The notes under the pieces: model-generated | Told to the model about the DNA's origin: nothing | The model's database searches: none | Seen by the model: the letters and a program-made list of their open reading frames with translations, nothing else | Translations under genes and position numbers: made by a program | DNA from: Octopus bimaculoides | Taxonomy: Eukaryota | Assembly: GCF_001194135.2 (NCBI RefSeq) | Contig: NC_069010.1 | Span: 9,440,720-9,504,719 of the forward strand | Reading direction: 5' to 3' | Length of the DNA stretch: 64,000 bases | Shown: positions 38,793 to 51,216 of the stretch, piece after piece | Position numbering within the stretch: the stretch's first letter is position 1 | Layout: each line of letters opens with the position of its first letter

Positions 38793-41700
38793 AATCAGTA
38801 TATTTAAGCACCACCACCACCACCACCACCACCACCACCATCATCATCATCACCGTCATAGTATTCTGAGTTTGTACGGGTCAGATGGAATTTGTTTGAA
38901 GGAGATGTTTTCCACGGCTGGATCCCCTTCTTGTCACCAACCCTCACCTCTTTCCAAGCAAAGTAATGTTTCCACATGGCCAGACATGTTTTTGCGGAAG
39001 ATCGGAAATGAAGGACACCTCTTGCATTACAGTGACTCTTGTTTACAGCTATCATGTGCAGTCAGGACAAGGAGAAACCTACACACACACATGTCCATCT
39101 GTCTATTAGTCTAACTGTCCGTCTATCAACACATACACATACATACACAAGATGCATTCTAGAAGTTGCCTGACTTTTTTTTTAGGGAGAGACATTTATT
39201 CATTTCAAACAAGTACAAAACTCTAATCTTCAACGTAGGGTCCTCTGATTTCAATGCACTTTGTGTTGTGTTCCAGCCCCTTTGTGAAGGCCCTATGGAA
39301 GACCTTCAAAGTGAAAAGGTCCAGGACCCTTGTCACAACCTCCTTCATCAAAAAGGAGTAATACCTGTAATTCAAAGGGGCCAGCCATATCATACTCTGT
39401 GTCATGTTGAATCTCCCTGAGAACTACGTTGGGTGTACACGTGTCTGTGGAGTGCTCAGCCATTTGCATGTTAATTTCACGAGCAAGCTGTTCCATTGAC
39501 CGTATCAGCTGGGACCCTCGTCGTCGTAAGCGACAAAGTGCTCCTTTGCTCTGCCATCCTCAGACCGCTTCTTCCAGTGTTTGTTGTTAGTTTGCTTTTG
39601 TCCCTGTCACCTAGCAGTTCAATAGAAGAGACCAATGAAGTAAGTTATTAAAAGACGATGCCTTCCCTGTTTCATTCCAGAGCTCTGTCTTTCATTGAAG
39701 AATACGTAAGGAATGAAGTGTTACCCGACTATGGAAATACTCACACCACCACCAGCATAACCTCCCTGCAGACCACTTTGTATCGACACGAAGCAAGGTA
39801 AGTCATGGCACCACCGTCTTGGAGAATCAATCTCTTTCTAAATTTCCTGAGATTTGTAGAGCATCGATGAAATGGAAATTATAATTTTTATGGGGTTTTT
39901 TATTATTATTAACGAAGGCATTGTTTTCTTTACATTTTTCATCATCATCATCATTTAATGTCTGTTTTCCATGCTGGTATGGGTTGGCCAGTTTTACAGA
40001 AGCTGGTTAGACAGGAGACTGTGCCAGGCTTCTCTGTCTGTTTTAGCAGGGGTTTTATGGCTGGATGCCCTTTCTTCCTAACACCAACCACATTACAGAG
40101 TGGATTGGGTGCTTTCTATGTGCCACCAGCACCATAGCTACTGATATTTGAGTTGCTTTACCAGTTCCAGTCAAACCATCCAACCCATGCCAGCATGGTC
40201 AACTGCCCCGTGTGCCACCAGTGGTTCATCACAAACTTCACACATCTGCCGTCTCATCAAACCCATGCAGGCATTGAAAAATAGACATAAAACAAAATCA
40301 CAAAACCTATATTACTAATGTGATGTTTGTATTTCTCATTCCAGGGATATCATACGAAATGCTGCTAACGCCAGCGAACATGATGCTGTCATATTTGTGG
40401 GCAGTGGTACCACTGCTGCCGTTCACAAACTCATTTTCTCACTGGACCTTAAGGAACCCCCTGTAAGTCCTTATAACTTTTGTAGAAAATTTTTATTGGT
40501 ATTTTCTATATTTTATTTTGTTAAGCTACTTAATTCCTGACCGCATGGTTCTGGGTTCAGTCCCACTGCATGGCACCTTGGGCAAGTATCTCCTGCTATA
40601 GTCTTGTGAGTGGATTTGGTAGACAGAAATTGGGTGAAAGCCAATCTTATCTTTTATCTTTTATCTTTTACTTGTTTCAGTCATTAGACTGCGGCCATGC
40701 TGGGGCACTGACTCGAAAAAATTTTAGTCGAATGAATCAACCCCAGTACTTCTTTATTTAAGCCTGATACTTATTCTGCAGATCTCTTTTTGCTGAACTG
40801 CTAAGTCACGATGTGTGTGTGTGTCCTTGTGTCAATGTTTGCCCCTTACTGCAGAATAAGTATCAGGCTTAAATAAAGAAGTACTGGGGTTGATTCATTC
40901 CACTCACAAGGCTTTGGTCGGCCTGAGGCTATAGTAGAAGACACTTGACCAAGGTGCCACGCAGTGGGACTGAATCCGGAACCATGTGGCTGGTAAGAAA
41001 GCTACTTACCACACAGCCACTCCTATAGCTATATTTACAGTTTTGTATATTTATTGATTCTCGTTTTTGTTTTCCTTCAAGGTCATCTTTGCGGGACCGT
41101 TTGAGCATCACTCCAATCTTTTACCGTGGAGAGAAATTGGATCAGAGGTAAGTGAGGACAGTCTAAGGACGAGAAGAAGAAGAAGGAAAAGAAAAATACC
41201 TCTTAAAATGGTTTTAAATGTTGGAGTAGAAATTCTTTAGTTACACACATGTCCCTGAAAAGACCTGACCACCCCTCTACTTCTCTCTCTTACTGTATAG
41301 TTATGTCCCTCCTCTATAGCAAGACACCTATTTCTGCCCCCTATTTCTCAGTTACACTCTAACCTTTCATCATTTGATACTGGATCACCTCCTCCAATGT
41401 CCCCTCTGTTGTGGCAAGGCACTGGCTCCTGTCCCTCTGTCACACTCTAACCTTTCATCTTCTGACAAAAGTTCCCCTCCTCAAATGCCCTGCCCTTCTC
41501 ATAATTCCTTGTCTTGTGAGTTACTTGGTGACCCTGCCAGTGCTGGTGCCATGTTAAAAGCATCCAGTTCACACTGTAATGTGGTTGGCATATTTGGAAG
41601 GGCATCCAGCAATAAAAACCCTGCCAAAACAAACACAGAAGCCTCGGGTAGTTTCTAGCTGGCTCCTGTCAACTGCCCTACCCAGGCATACATGGAAAAT

Positions 41701-41912
41701 GGACGTTAAATGATATATATTTGTATATTTATGTATTTATGAAGTTCTCTGGTATGTGAGTGTGAAATCTTCATCTTCTTCTGTTCTTAGGTGATACAAA
41801 TCAAGACAAACAGCCATGGCTCTGTTGATATTGGCGATTTGGAGAGGAACCTTCAGGTAAGCAATCGGCTCCAGAATTTCCATCCTTACCACTTTCTCTC
41901 CCTCTCAACAAT

Positions 41913-41961
<49 letters not shown>

Positions 41962-44900
41962 CTCTTAATCTCCCTCTTCTCTCTCTCTCTCCACATCAAT
42001 ACACACACACACACACACACACACTATCTCTCTCTCTCCCTCCAACAATATTCACACTCTCTCTACCTCTTTACAATACACTCCCTCTCTATCTCTCTCT
42101 CTCTACCAATACACACTTTCTCTCTCTCTCTCACTCCATCAATATTCTCCACCCTATCTCCTTCACTAATACTCTCTCTCTCGCTCTCTCTACCATTTTC
42201 AGGAATTCTCGACCAAGAACTGTCAAATGATTGGCTCTTTCAGCGCTGCTTCCAATATCACTGGCGTCCTCACCAACGCCGACGCAGTATCTGCCTGTCT
42301 CCACAGATATGGGGCTTTGGCGTTCTGGGATTATGCCACAGCTGCCCCCTACCTCACCATCGACATGAATCCAGTTGTCCCTGGGTATGTAACAATCCAT
42401 GCCACACATCATCATCATCACAAGCTGGCAGAATTGTTAGCATGCTGGACGAAATGCTTAGCAGTATTTTCCTTGACGCTACATTCCAAGTTCAAATTCC
42501 ACCGATTTCATCTTTGCTGACCAACTCCTGTCAAACCATCCAACTTATGCCAGCATGGAAATAAATGTTAGATGATGATGATGTTGATATTAGATGTAAA
42601 TTAACACACACATTGAATTTCCATTTTACACACACACATATATATACACATATATGTAATTAATAAATTCAATAATGGGATAAAAATCTTTTACAAGAAT
42701 TTTATCAGGAAGCTAGTGTGTAAAAAATTCATAAGGCAAATTTCTATTCCCAAGAATATAATTATTCGTTTATATTTATATAAGGGCATTACTACAGAAT
42801 AAAGCCACACACTAGACTTCCCAAATAAACACATTTTATTACCGATAATGTGTTTATTTGGGAAGTCTAGTGTGTGGCATTATTCTGTAGTAATGCCTTA
42901 TATAAATATAAATACACATATATGTATGTAGAATAGATTATAAAATGCTTAAGTAAGCATTCTATAGATAGTCACCAAGATCCTGTTCTTTGTCTCTCTG
43001 GGTTTCCTGTCTTTCTCAATGGTTCTGTCTTTGATTTCTTTCAGACCAGATCAGCGCTATGTCTATAAAGATGCAGTTTATTTCTCACCACATAAGTTCG
43101 TTGGAGGCATTTCTACCCCAGGTGGGTATTGATTAACTTGGTTGTGTGGTGGGAGAGGCATGTGTGTTTTTTATGAATATATATATTTAGAGGCGCTGGA
43201 GTGGCTGTGTGGTAAGTAGCTTGCTTACCAACCACATGGTTCCAAGTTCAGTCCCACTGTGTGGCACCTTGGGCAAGTGTCTTCTACTATAGCCTCGGGT
43301 TGACCAAAGCTTTGTGAGTGGATTTGGCAGACGGAAACTGTATATATATATATATATATACAGTCTGAGGAGTTAGGTGGCCAGATGTTGGCAGTGATGT
43401 GGTCACAGAAATTGTCTCATGGCCATGACTGGGTTCTCTTTGTGTGATATGGTGCAGAGTCCTGTTGCCAGACATGGGTTCTTTCAGCAGCCACCCTCTT
43501 CACCCAGGGCAGCACTACCTCCTCCAGGCACTTGATGTAGCTCTCTGCATGAAGTGTCAAGCCATGTGGGAAGATGAACGGAGGCATAATGTGGCCATCA
43601 CTAGTGATTACCCCAAACACCATGATGTGGACTGGATGTTTGATTTTTATCACTTTCAGTACATGTCCTCAGATTGACACCCAAACACTCTGAAATGTTC
43701 ATATTTGACCTTCTGGCGTGAATGCCAGGCAGTGCAGCATATGTCCGAATTTCTGGTTGAGTGAATTGCGTCATGGTGCTGTTTTTCTCACACCCAAAAG
43801 TAAAAATATAAAATGGTAACAATTTACCTGTCGCACCCTGTTTATAAAAAGAAAGTATGTCTGTATATAATCCTTTGTTTCTTTCTGTACCCTTTTTTAT
43901 TTATTTCATTTTGTAATCCCATAAACCCTTATTTCTGTAACTGTTCACTGCCAGGAATTCTCATTGCCAAGAAGTACCTCTTCAAGAACTCAACTCCAGA
44001 AGGCTGTGGTGGAGGCACAATATTCTTCGTGAGTATCCTCCTTGGCATGTCTTGAGATGTATGAGTGGAACTGCTTACTCGTGTGCCAGTGGTTGCTCAT
44101 GCATCACGGTTTGTGTGAGTGTGTGTGTGTGTGTATATATATTATTTTGTGTTTGTGATTTTAACTTTTTGTGTTTTTCTTTCTGTTCCTTACTGTTCAC
44201 CTCACTCTACCAACGTTTAAAATATAACAGGTGCGTCGAGAGAACCACCGTTTTCTACACGAACCAGAAATGAGAGAAGAAGGTGGAACTCCTGATATTG
44301 TCGGTTCCATTCGTGCCGGTTTGGTGATGCAGCTGAAGCTGGCTATTGGCACTGATGTCGTTGCACAGAGAGATCAACAACTTCTTAAGTAAGACTTTCA
44401 ACTCTCCCAACACCAAAATAATTTTGTTGTTGTATTTTTATTAATTATTTACCAAAAATCATGTTGGGATGGTGACATTTGGAAAGCTCTTCATCATAGG
44501 TCTACTGGATCAGGGCTGACCTGGGGTTAAACAACAATTTAGGAAGGATACTTTAAATAACCTAATCTTACATTTGACTGGTTGAAATAGCAACTAAATC
44601 TCCCTCAAAGTGCTTTTAGCAATCTTATAACAGTGAAGGCTACATTAGGTCATGTAGTCCTAGATACACTATGCTTGATTAAAAGACACAAACACACACG
44701 TAAATATCTGTTACTTGTTTCATTCATTAGACTGTGGCCATGCTGGGGCACTACTTTGAAGAATTTTTAATTTGAATGAATTGACCACAGTGTTTATTGT
44801 TTTTTTTTTAAGACTGTTACTTATTCTATCAGTCTCTTTTGCTGAACCACTAAGTTATGGGGATGTAAACACACCAACACCAGTTGTCAAGCGGTGGTGG

Positions 44901-47900
44901 GGGACAAACACAGACACAAAGACACACACACATACACATATATGACAGGCTTCTTTCAGTTTCCATCAACCAAGTCCAATGACAAAATTTTGGTCAGCCT
45001 GAGACTGTTGTACAAGACACTTGCCCAAGGTGCCATATAGTGGGACTGAACCCAGAACCACATGGTTGCTAAGTAAGCTTCTTACCCACACGGCCATGCT
45101 GCACCACTTGTCTGGCTTTGCTGGTTTTTGTGTGAATGTTTTTCTTTTTTTGTATTTCAGAAAAGCCACCGACTGCTGGAAGAAATGCAAGAATTTGGTA
45201 ATTTTAGGGACCCAATCTGTCCCCTCATTACCAATATATTCCTTCCTTATTTATCACCCGCAGACTGGCCGATTCCTCCATCACAATTACGTCACGGCAC
45301 TGCTTAATGATGTCTTTGGGATCCAATCAAGAGGGGGCTGTGCTTGCGCTGGTCCTTATGCTGAAGTGAGCCCCTTCTTTTTTTACTTAATACATATTTA
45401 TGTGTGTGTGTGTGTATGTNNNNNNNNNNNNNNNNNNNNNNNNNNNNNNNNNNNNNNNNNNNNNNNNNNNNNNNNNNNNNNNNNNNNNNNNNNNNNNNNN
45501 NNNNNNNNNNNNNNNNNNNNNNNNNNNNNNNNNNNNNNNNNNNNNNNNNNNNNNNNNNNNNNNNNNNNNNNNNNNNNNNNNNNNNNNNNNNNNNNNNNNN
45601 NNNNNNNNNNNNNNNNNNNNNNNNNNNNNNNNNNNNNNNNNNNNNNNNNNNNNNNNNNNNNNNNNNNNNNNNNNNNNNNNNNNNNNNNNNNNNNNNNNNN
45701 NNNNNNNNNNNNNNNNNNNNNNNNNNNNNNNNNNNNNNNNNNNNNNNNNNNNNNNNNNNNNNNNNNNNNNNNNNNNNNNNNNNNNNNNNNNNNNNNNNNN
45801 NNNNNNNNNNNNNNNNNNNNNNNNNNNNNNNNNNNNNNNNNNNNNNNNNNNNNNNNNNNNNNNNNNNNNNNNNNNNNNNNNNNNNNNNNNNNNNNNNNNN
45901 NNNNNNNNNNNNNNNNNNNNNNNNNNNNNNNNNNNNNNNNNNNNNNNNNNNNNNNNNNNNNNNNNNNNNNNNNNNNNNNNNNNNNNNNNNNNNNNNNNNN
46001 NNNNNNNNNNNNNNNNNNNNNNNNNNNNNNNNNNNNNNNNNNNNATATATATATATATATATACATATATATATGTAGGTGCAGGTGTGGCCAGAAGCTT
46101 CATGCAGTAGTGATACGATGAAGTAGTTGTATGCTGTCAACTTAATGTGACAGTCCCCTGAAGGGAATAATACTACTGTTGGTTAGACCTAGGAAGCTGC
46201 ACCGCTTCCTGTCAGCCTTGACACAGTTCCTGTGTCCTTATGTTTACAAGGGGGAGACAAGCACCTCCACCCAGCCAAGCCTGCATCCAGAGACATGTTT
46301 TTGAGTCTTTGTTATTTTTCTTAAATGTTTGTTATTTTGTTATTTTTCTTAAACGTTTCTTTGAAGGATCTGTTAGGAATATCAGAAGAGAAAGCAAAGG
46401 AATTTGAAAATGTTCTCACTGAAGACAGGTTGGTAGATCGTCCTCTATATCAGTGGTTCTCAATTGGTGGGGGGGGGGATCCATNNNNNNNNNNAGTGGT
46501 TCTCAATTGGTGGGGGGGGGGATCCATGTGACCCTTATTTTGTTGTTAAAATTTATCTGTAATAAATAAGCGATATTTCTACAAATTGCAGAATATTTAA
46601 CTATTTTTGTTTTTCTACAGTTCTTAATAATATTTAATTCTAAAACGGCAGAAAGATTTTTTTAAGCATTAAATGGCTATGAGGGTCCACTTGGAGTCCT
46701 TGGTTAAAAATGGTCGAGTACCATTGCTCTACATGCATATTACCTTTCCACCTATAATCCTCTATATACACAACTATACACCATCTTACATCTTATACAC
46801 AATCCTCTATATTCATTACCATACACCATTGTACATTTTATATGCACTCCCTATATAGTCCTCTATACACAATATATATATTGTTCATCTCATTATGCTT
46901 TCTCTTCCAGCCGTCTTGACCGAGTACATTTGAAACGATACCGGGAGTATTCACCAATGGAAATCCTCAGGTGAGTCACCCGAACACTCCTCAGTCGAGT
47001 CATCAGGATGAAATGAGCTCAAGGATACATGTAGAGTAGCAGTTCCTGTCCTAGGGTTGGCAGATAGCCTAAGATCCCACAAATGGGATTGGGATTAGAA
47101 TGTTGCAGAATCAACAAAATTGATTCTCCAGGCAGAGCCTGAAGCGTCAGAATAACTAAAAGTAGACCAAAATTGAAATGGTTGGATAATATCCAGAGTT
47201 TTCAGGGATTCTCTCCAAGTCGAGCAACTTCTTTTGTGCATTGAGAGATTACAGGAATATCACAAGATGGATTCTTCAAGCCAAGCCAGCCAGCAGCAGA
47301 CTTGGTGGTAGACCAAAATATTTGGATAAGATCCATCGTCTCAGTGGATCACACTTGGGAATCCAACTGGAAAATGTAATGATGGATGCTTCTGATAGGA
47401 CCCTAGAGAAGAGGAGGGGTCTGACCCTCCCAGGAATTGTGGGTGGAAAAGATGGAACAATCCTTGACCAATTCTAATGTTTTCCTCAAATTTTCGTCAT
47501 CTTCTTCCACCATTTTTCTTTGCAGACCAGGATTCACCCGGCTAAATTTACCATTCTTTGTTGACAATGAAACTTTGGATTTTGTCATCCAAGCTGTAGA
47601 GTTGGTTGCAGAATTTGGTTGGCATCTGCTTCCTCAGGTAAAGATTGAGTCAATTTTAATAGGTTTCAAACAGTGGAATAGCCCTGTCTTTCTCTCCCCC
47701 CCCTCTCTCTCTTAGAAGACATCATCATCATCTTAATATTCACTTAACATTCCGAGCTCTCAGATGTTGGATGGTATTTGTGGAGGTGGAGTTTCTACAG
47801 CTGGATGCCTTTCCTGTTGCTAACCCTCACCTGTTGCCAAGCAAGCTAACATTTCCCCAGAGTTAGACATAATTTTCATGGAAGACTGGCAAAAAAATAA

Positions 47901-48159
47901 AAAGACACTGCTTGCATAACAGTGAAACTCATTTACAGCTGCCATATGATGTCAAGGGAAGCAGGGAGTAACATTAATATCATCAACATTTACTGCTTCA
48001 TATCAAGTCATTTATTATTCTGTGTTATTCCAAAATAGAAAAGAAAGAAATCTTTATCATAAAAATGTTTTAAGTGTTTTTCCTCATGAATTCTTCTTCC
48101 TTATTTTACAGTACAGGTTCAATCCGGAGACTGGAGAATGGAGACACAAGGATCTTCAG
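37913..48159 (+). CDS. N-terminal module of the fusion: PLP-dependent cysteine desulfurase, SufS/CsdA-like (group II)
   Basis: [50 protein letters not shown] (PLP lysine codon 43094-43096), CGGGT, EEGGTP and [10 protein letters not shown] (putative catalytic Cys codon 45345-45347). Confidence 0.87.
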
Positions 48160-48164
48160 GTTAC

Positions 48165-48229
<65 letters not shown>

Positions 48230-49589
48230 TTATGTTTGACTTTTGTTTTGCATTTGTACAAGTTGGATCCAAGTCTCACCCAGAGACCTCAAGAGACAAC
48301 AAGTTAGAAGTTCATGTAGGTGTTATGCCTAGGGTACCATATATTTGGATTTGTACGTAGTGTGTTGTTCTAGAGAATGTTTAAGAAATCATAAGAAAAT
48401 TATGTGTTTGCTTTAAAATTTGAGATCACATAGACAGTATTTTACGTAGGATATNNNNNNNNNNNNNNNNNNNNNNNNNNNNNNNNNNNNNNNNNNNNNN
48501 NNNNNNNNNNNNNNNNNNNNNNNNNNNNNNNNNNNNNNNNNNNNNNNNNNNNNNNNNNNNNNNNNNNNNNNNNNNNNNNNNNNNNNNNNNNNNNNNNNNN
48601 NNNNNNNNNNNNNNNNNNNNNNNNNNNNNNNNNNNNNNNNNNNNNNNNNNNNNNNNNNNNNNNNNNNNNNNNNNNNNNNNNNNNNNNNNNNNNNNNNNNN
48701 NNNNNNNNNNNNNNNNNNNNNNNNNNNNNNNNNNNNNNNTTCCTCAGGTGCCATGAAATACAGATCTCAAAAGAATGGTTATGGCAATTCTTCAGTACCA
48801 GATTACCAGGTACGTGAACTGAAGCTGTCATCACCATCACCATCACCATCATCATTTGTCATTATCATCATCATCAACAACATCAAACCCAGCACCTTCA
48901 TCACCACCACCACCACCACCACCACCACCACCACTATCACCACCATCTCCACATCTACCACCTCCACTAATACTACTACTACCACCACCACCACCACCAC
49001 CATCATACAATACTAAATCATGTTCTCCTTTCTCTCTTCTTCTGTCTCTCCATCATCCATGAAACTCCAGGAGTGTTTAAGAGAAGCGAAAGACTTGTTC
49101 AAGACTGCTGAAAAGGTATGTAACACTCTCTGATTAATAAACAGTCAGTCTTTGCATCAGAACTACCGCTTTGTACTGACATGAAGGTTTCTGGTTCAAT
49201 CCCACCTGCGGCTAGTATCTTCTATAATATAGAAAAGTTTTATGAAAGAAGTCAAAGATTTTGAGTCAAAATAAGGAAATATGGTTAAAGAGACTGATAA
49301 AGTTAGTACTAGGTTTAAGAAAATGAAAATAAATACTGGGGCGGAATTGTTTCATTGAAATTCTTCAGGGCAGTTCCCTGACGTGGCCTTAGTCTCTTGA
49401 CTGGAACAAGTAAATGATAAGAGACACACATAAACGTATGTATGTGTTTGTGTTTAGCTGTAGGTATATATATATATATATAATATATATGGATATATAA
49501 ATGTATATTGTCTGTGTACATGTATGTGTGTGTTTACATATATATATAAATACAAGTATATCTAATCATACACACGCACACACACACAC

Positions 49590-49620
<31 letters not shown>

Positions 49621-51168
49621 GACATACACACACACACATACAGCTTTTTAATTTATCTTTGCAGATGAAAATATCACTTCCCGATCAGAGTCTACTCTTT
49701 GAGAATGGCACCCAGCATCTGAGGTGGTTCCTGCTGCCGTGTGAAGCTTACACCTGTATCTCTGAAGGGACTTTCACAAACTTCATCTCGTTAGATGCTC
49801 TACCGTTTGTTCCAAAATCTTTTGCAAACGCCAACCGACAGGAAGAAAGTTCCGATCTCACCGTGGTCGCGGGAAATAACAGAAAAGATGGTGTTGGAGA
49901 AGAAGGAGATGGAGGGAGAGGAGATGGAAAACCGGGAGACCAAGAAGTGGAAGAAGAAATAGAAGTTAAGCAAGAATGTGAAGAAGAAGAAAGTGGTACC
50001 AACAAAATTGCTGCAAGTGTGCCACAGGTGGCAGCACAAAATGCGATTCATGAGAGTTCTTTATGTGACACTGGTATGAGCCATAGTGAAGAGTTCTGTA
50101 AATCGATTAAGAATTTCCTGGAGAGGGGATTTTCGTTTGGTCATTGTGATGATCTGTCGGTCAGTTTTGACAAAACATTGGTCTTGTCTGAGAGTGGACA
50201 TGGATCTGACAATTTGGACGTTAATCCTACCTGCACTCCAGTTGGTACTACTCTCGATGCTGCTTTTAATCCTCTTAATCCATATCTCTATCCAAATCCA
50301 GTTACAAATTCTCATCTTTCTGATGCTACTAATGTTAGTCCTAATCTTAAGTTATATCATGATCCTGGTCTTAGCTTAAATCCTAATCCTAATCCTGATC
50401 CTAATCTTAACACTAGCCATAACCCTAACCTTAATTTAAATCCTAATCCTAATTTTAATCCCAGTGTTAACCCTATTCATAATCCCAATCATAACTCTAA
50501 TCCGAGTTTTAACAACTCTAATCTTAATCGTAATCACACGCCCAGTTATAATTTTAATCCTAATCGCCAAATCTCTAGCTTCGAAAATTACAAACTGAAG
50601 TCCTCATCGAAGTTCCAGAGATCGACAACAACAACAACAGCAGCAATGACCGCAGAGGGGAGGGGAAAAGAGGAGGAGGAGGAGAAAGGGGTGGCTAATG
50701 TGAACAGTTCCTTTCCGAGCAATCGGGACGAAAGAGAGGAGAGTTGCAATGAAACTCCAGAAGGGGTGATGGATAAAACTGGAGTGGGAGTTAACAGTGT
50801 TGGACTTGCAGTAACGCAGCGCAGTGGCTGTTGTCATTGCAGTAACAACAATAATGCAGGACATGGTGCAACACAGTGCAGTTGTCACGGCAACGATAAT
50901 GATACAAATAAGGAATGTAGGGACTGCTGTTGCAGGTCCCTTAGTGAAACTACAACCTTGACGAAACCGTCGATGACACCACTGTCTGAAAAGGGACCGG
51001 ATGTCACTGCTACTGGGGCTGCGGGTTCTAAGGCAGAGCCACAGATGACCCAGTGTTGTCTGCGCAAAGCAAAGTTGAAGACTGACCAGCGGAAAGTGAC
51101 CAAGAAGGGCAATTTGTGGGTTTCACCACCGAAAGAGTTGTTCACTCCAGTCATTGAGGTAAGTAGAA

Positions 51169-51216
<48 letters not shown>

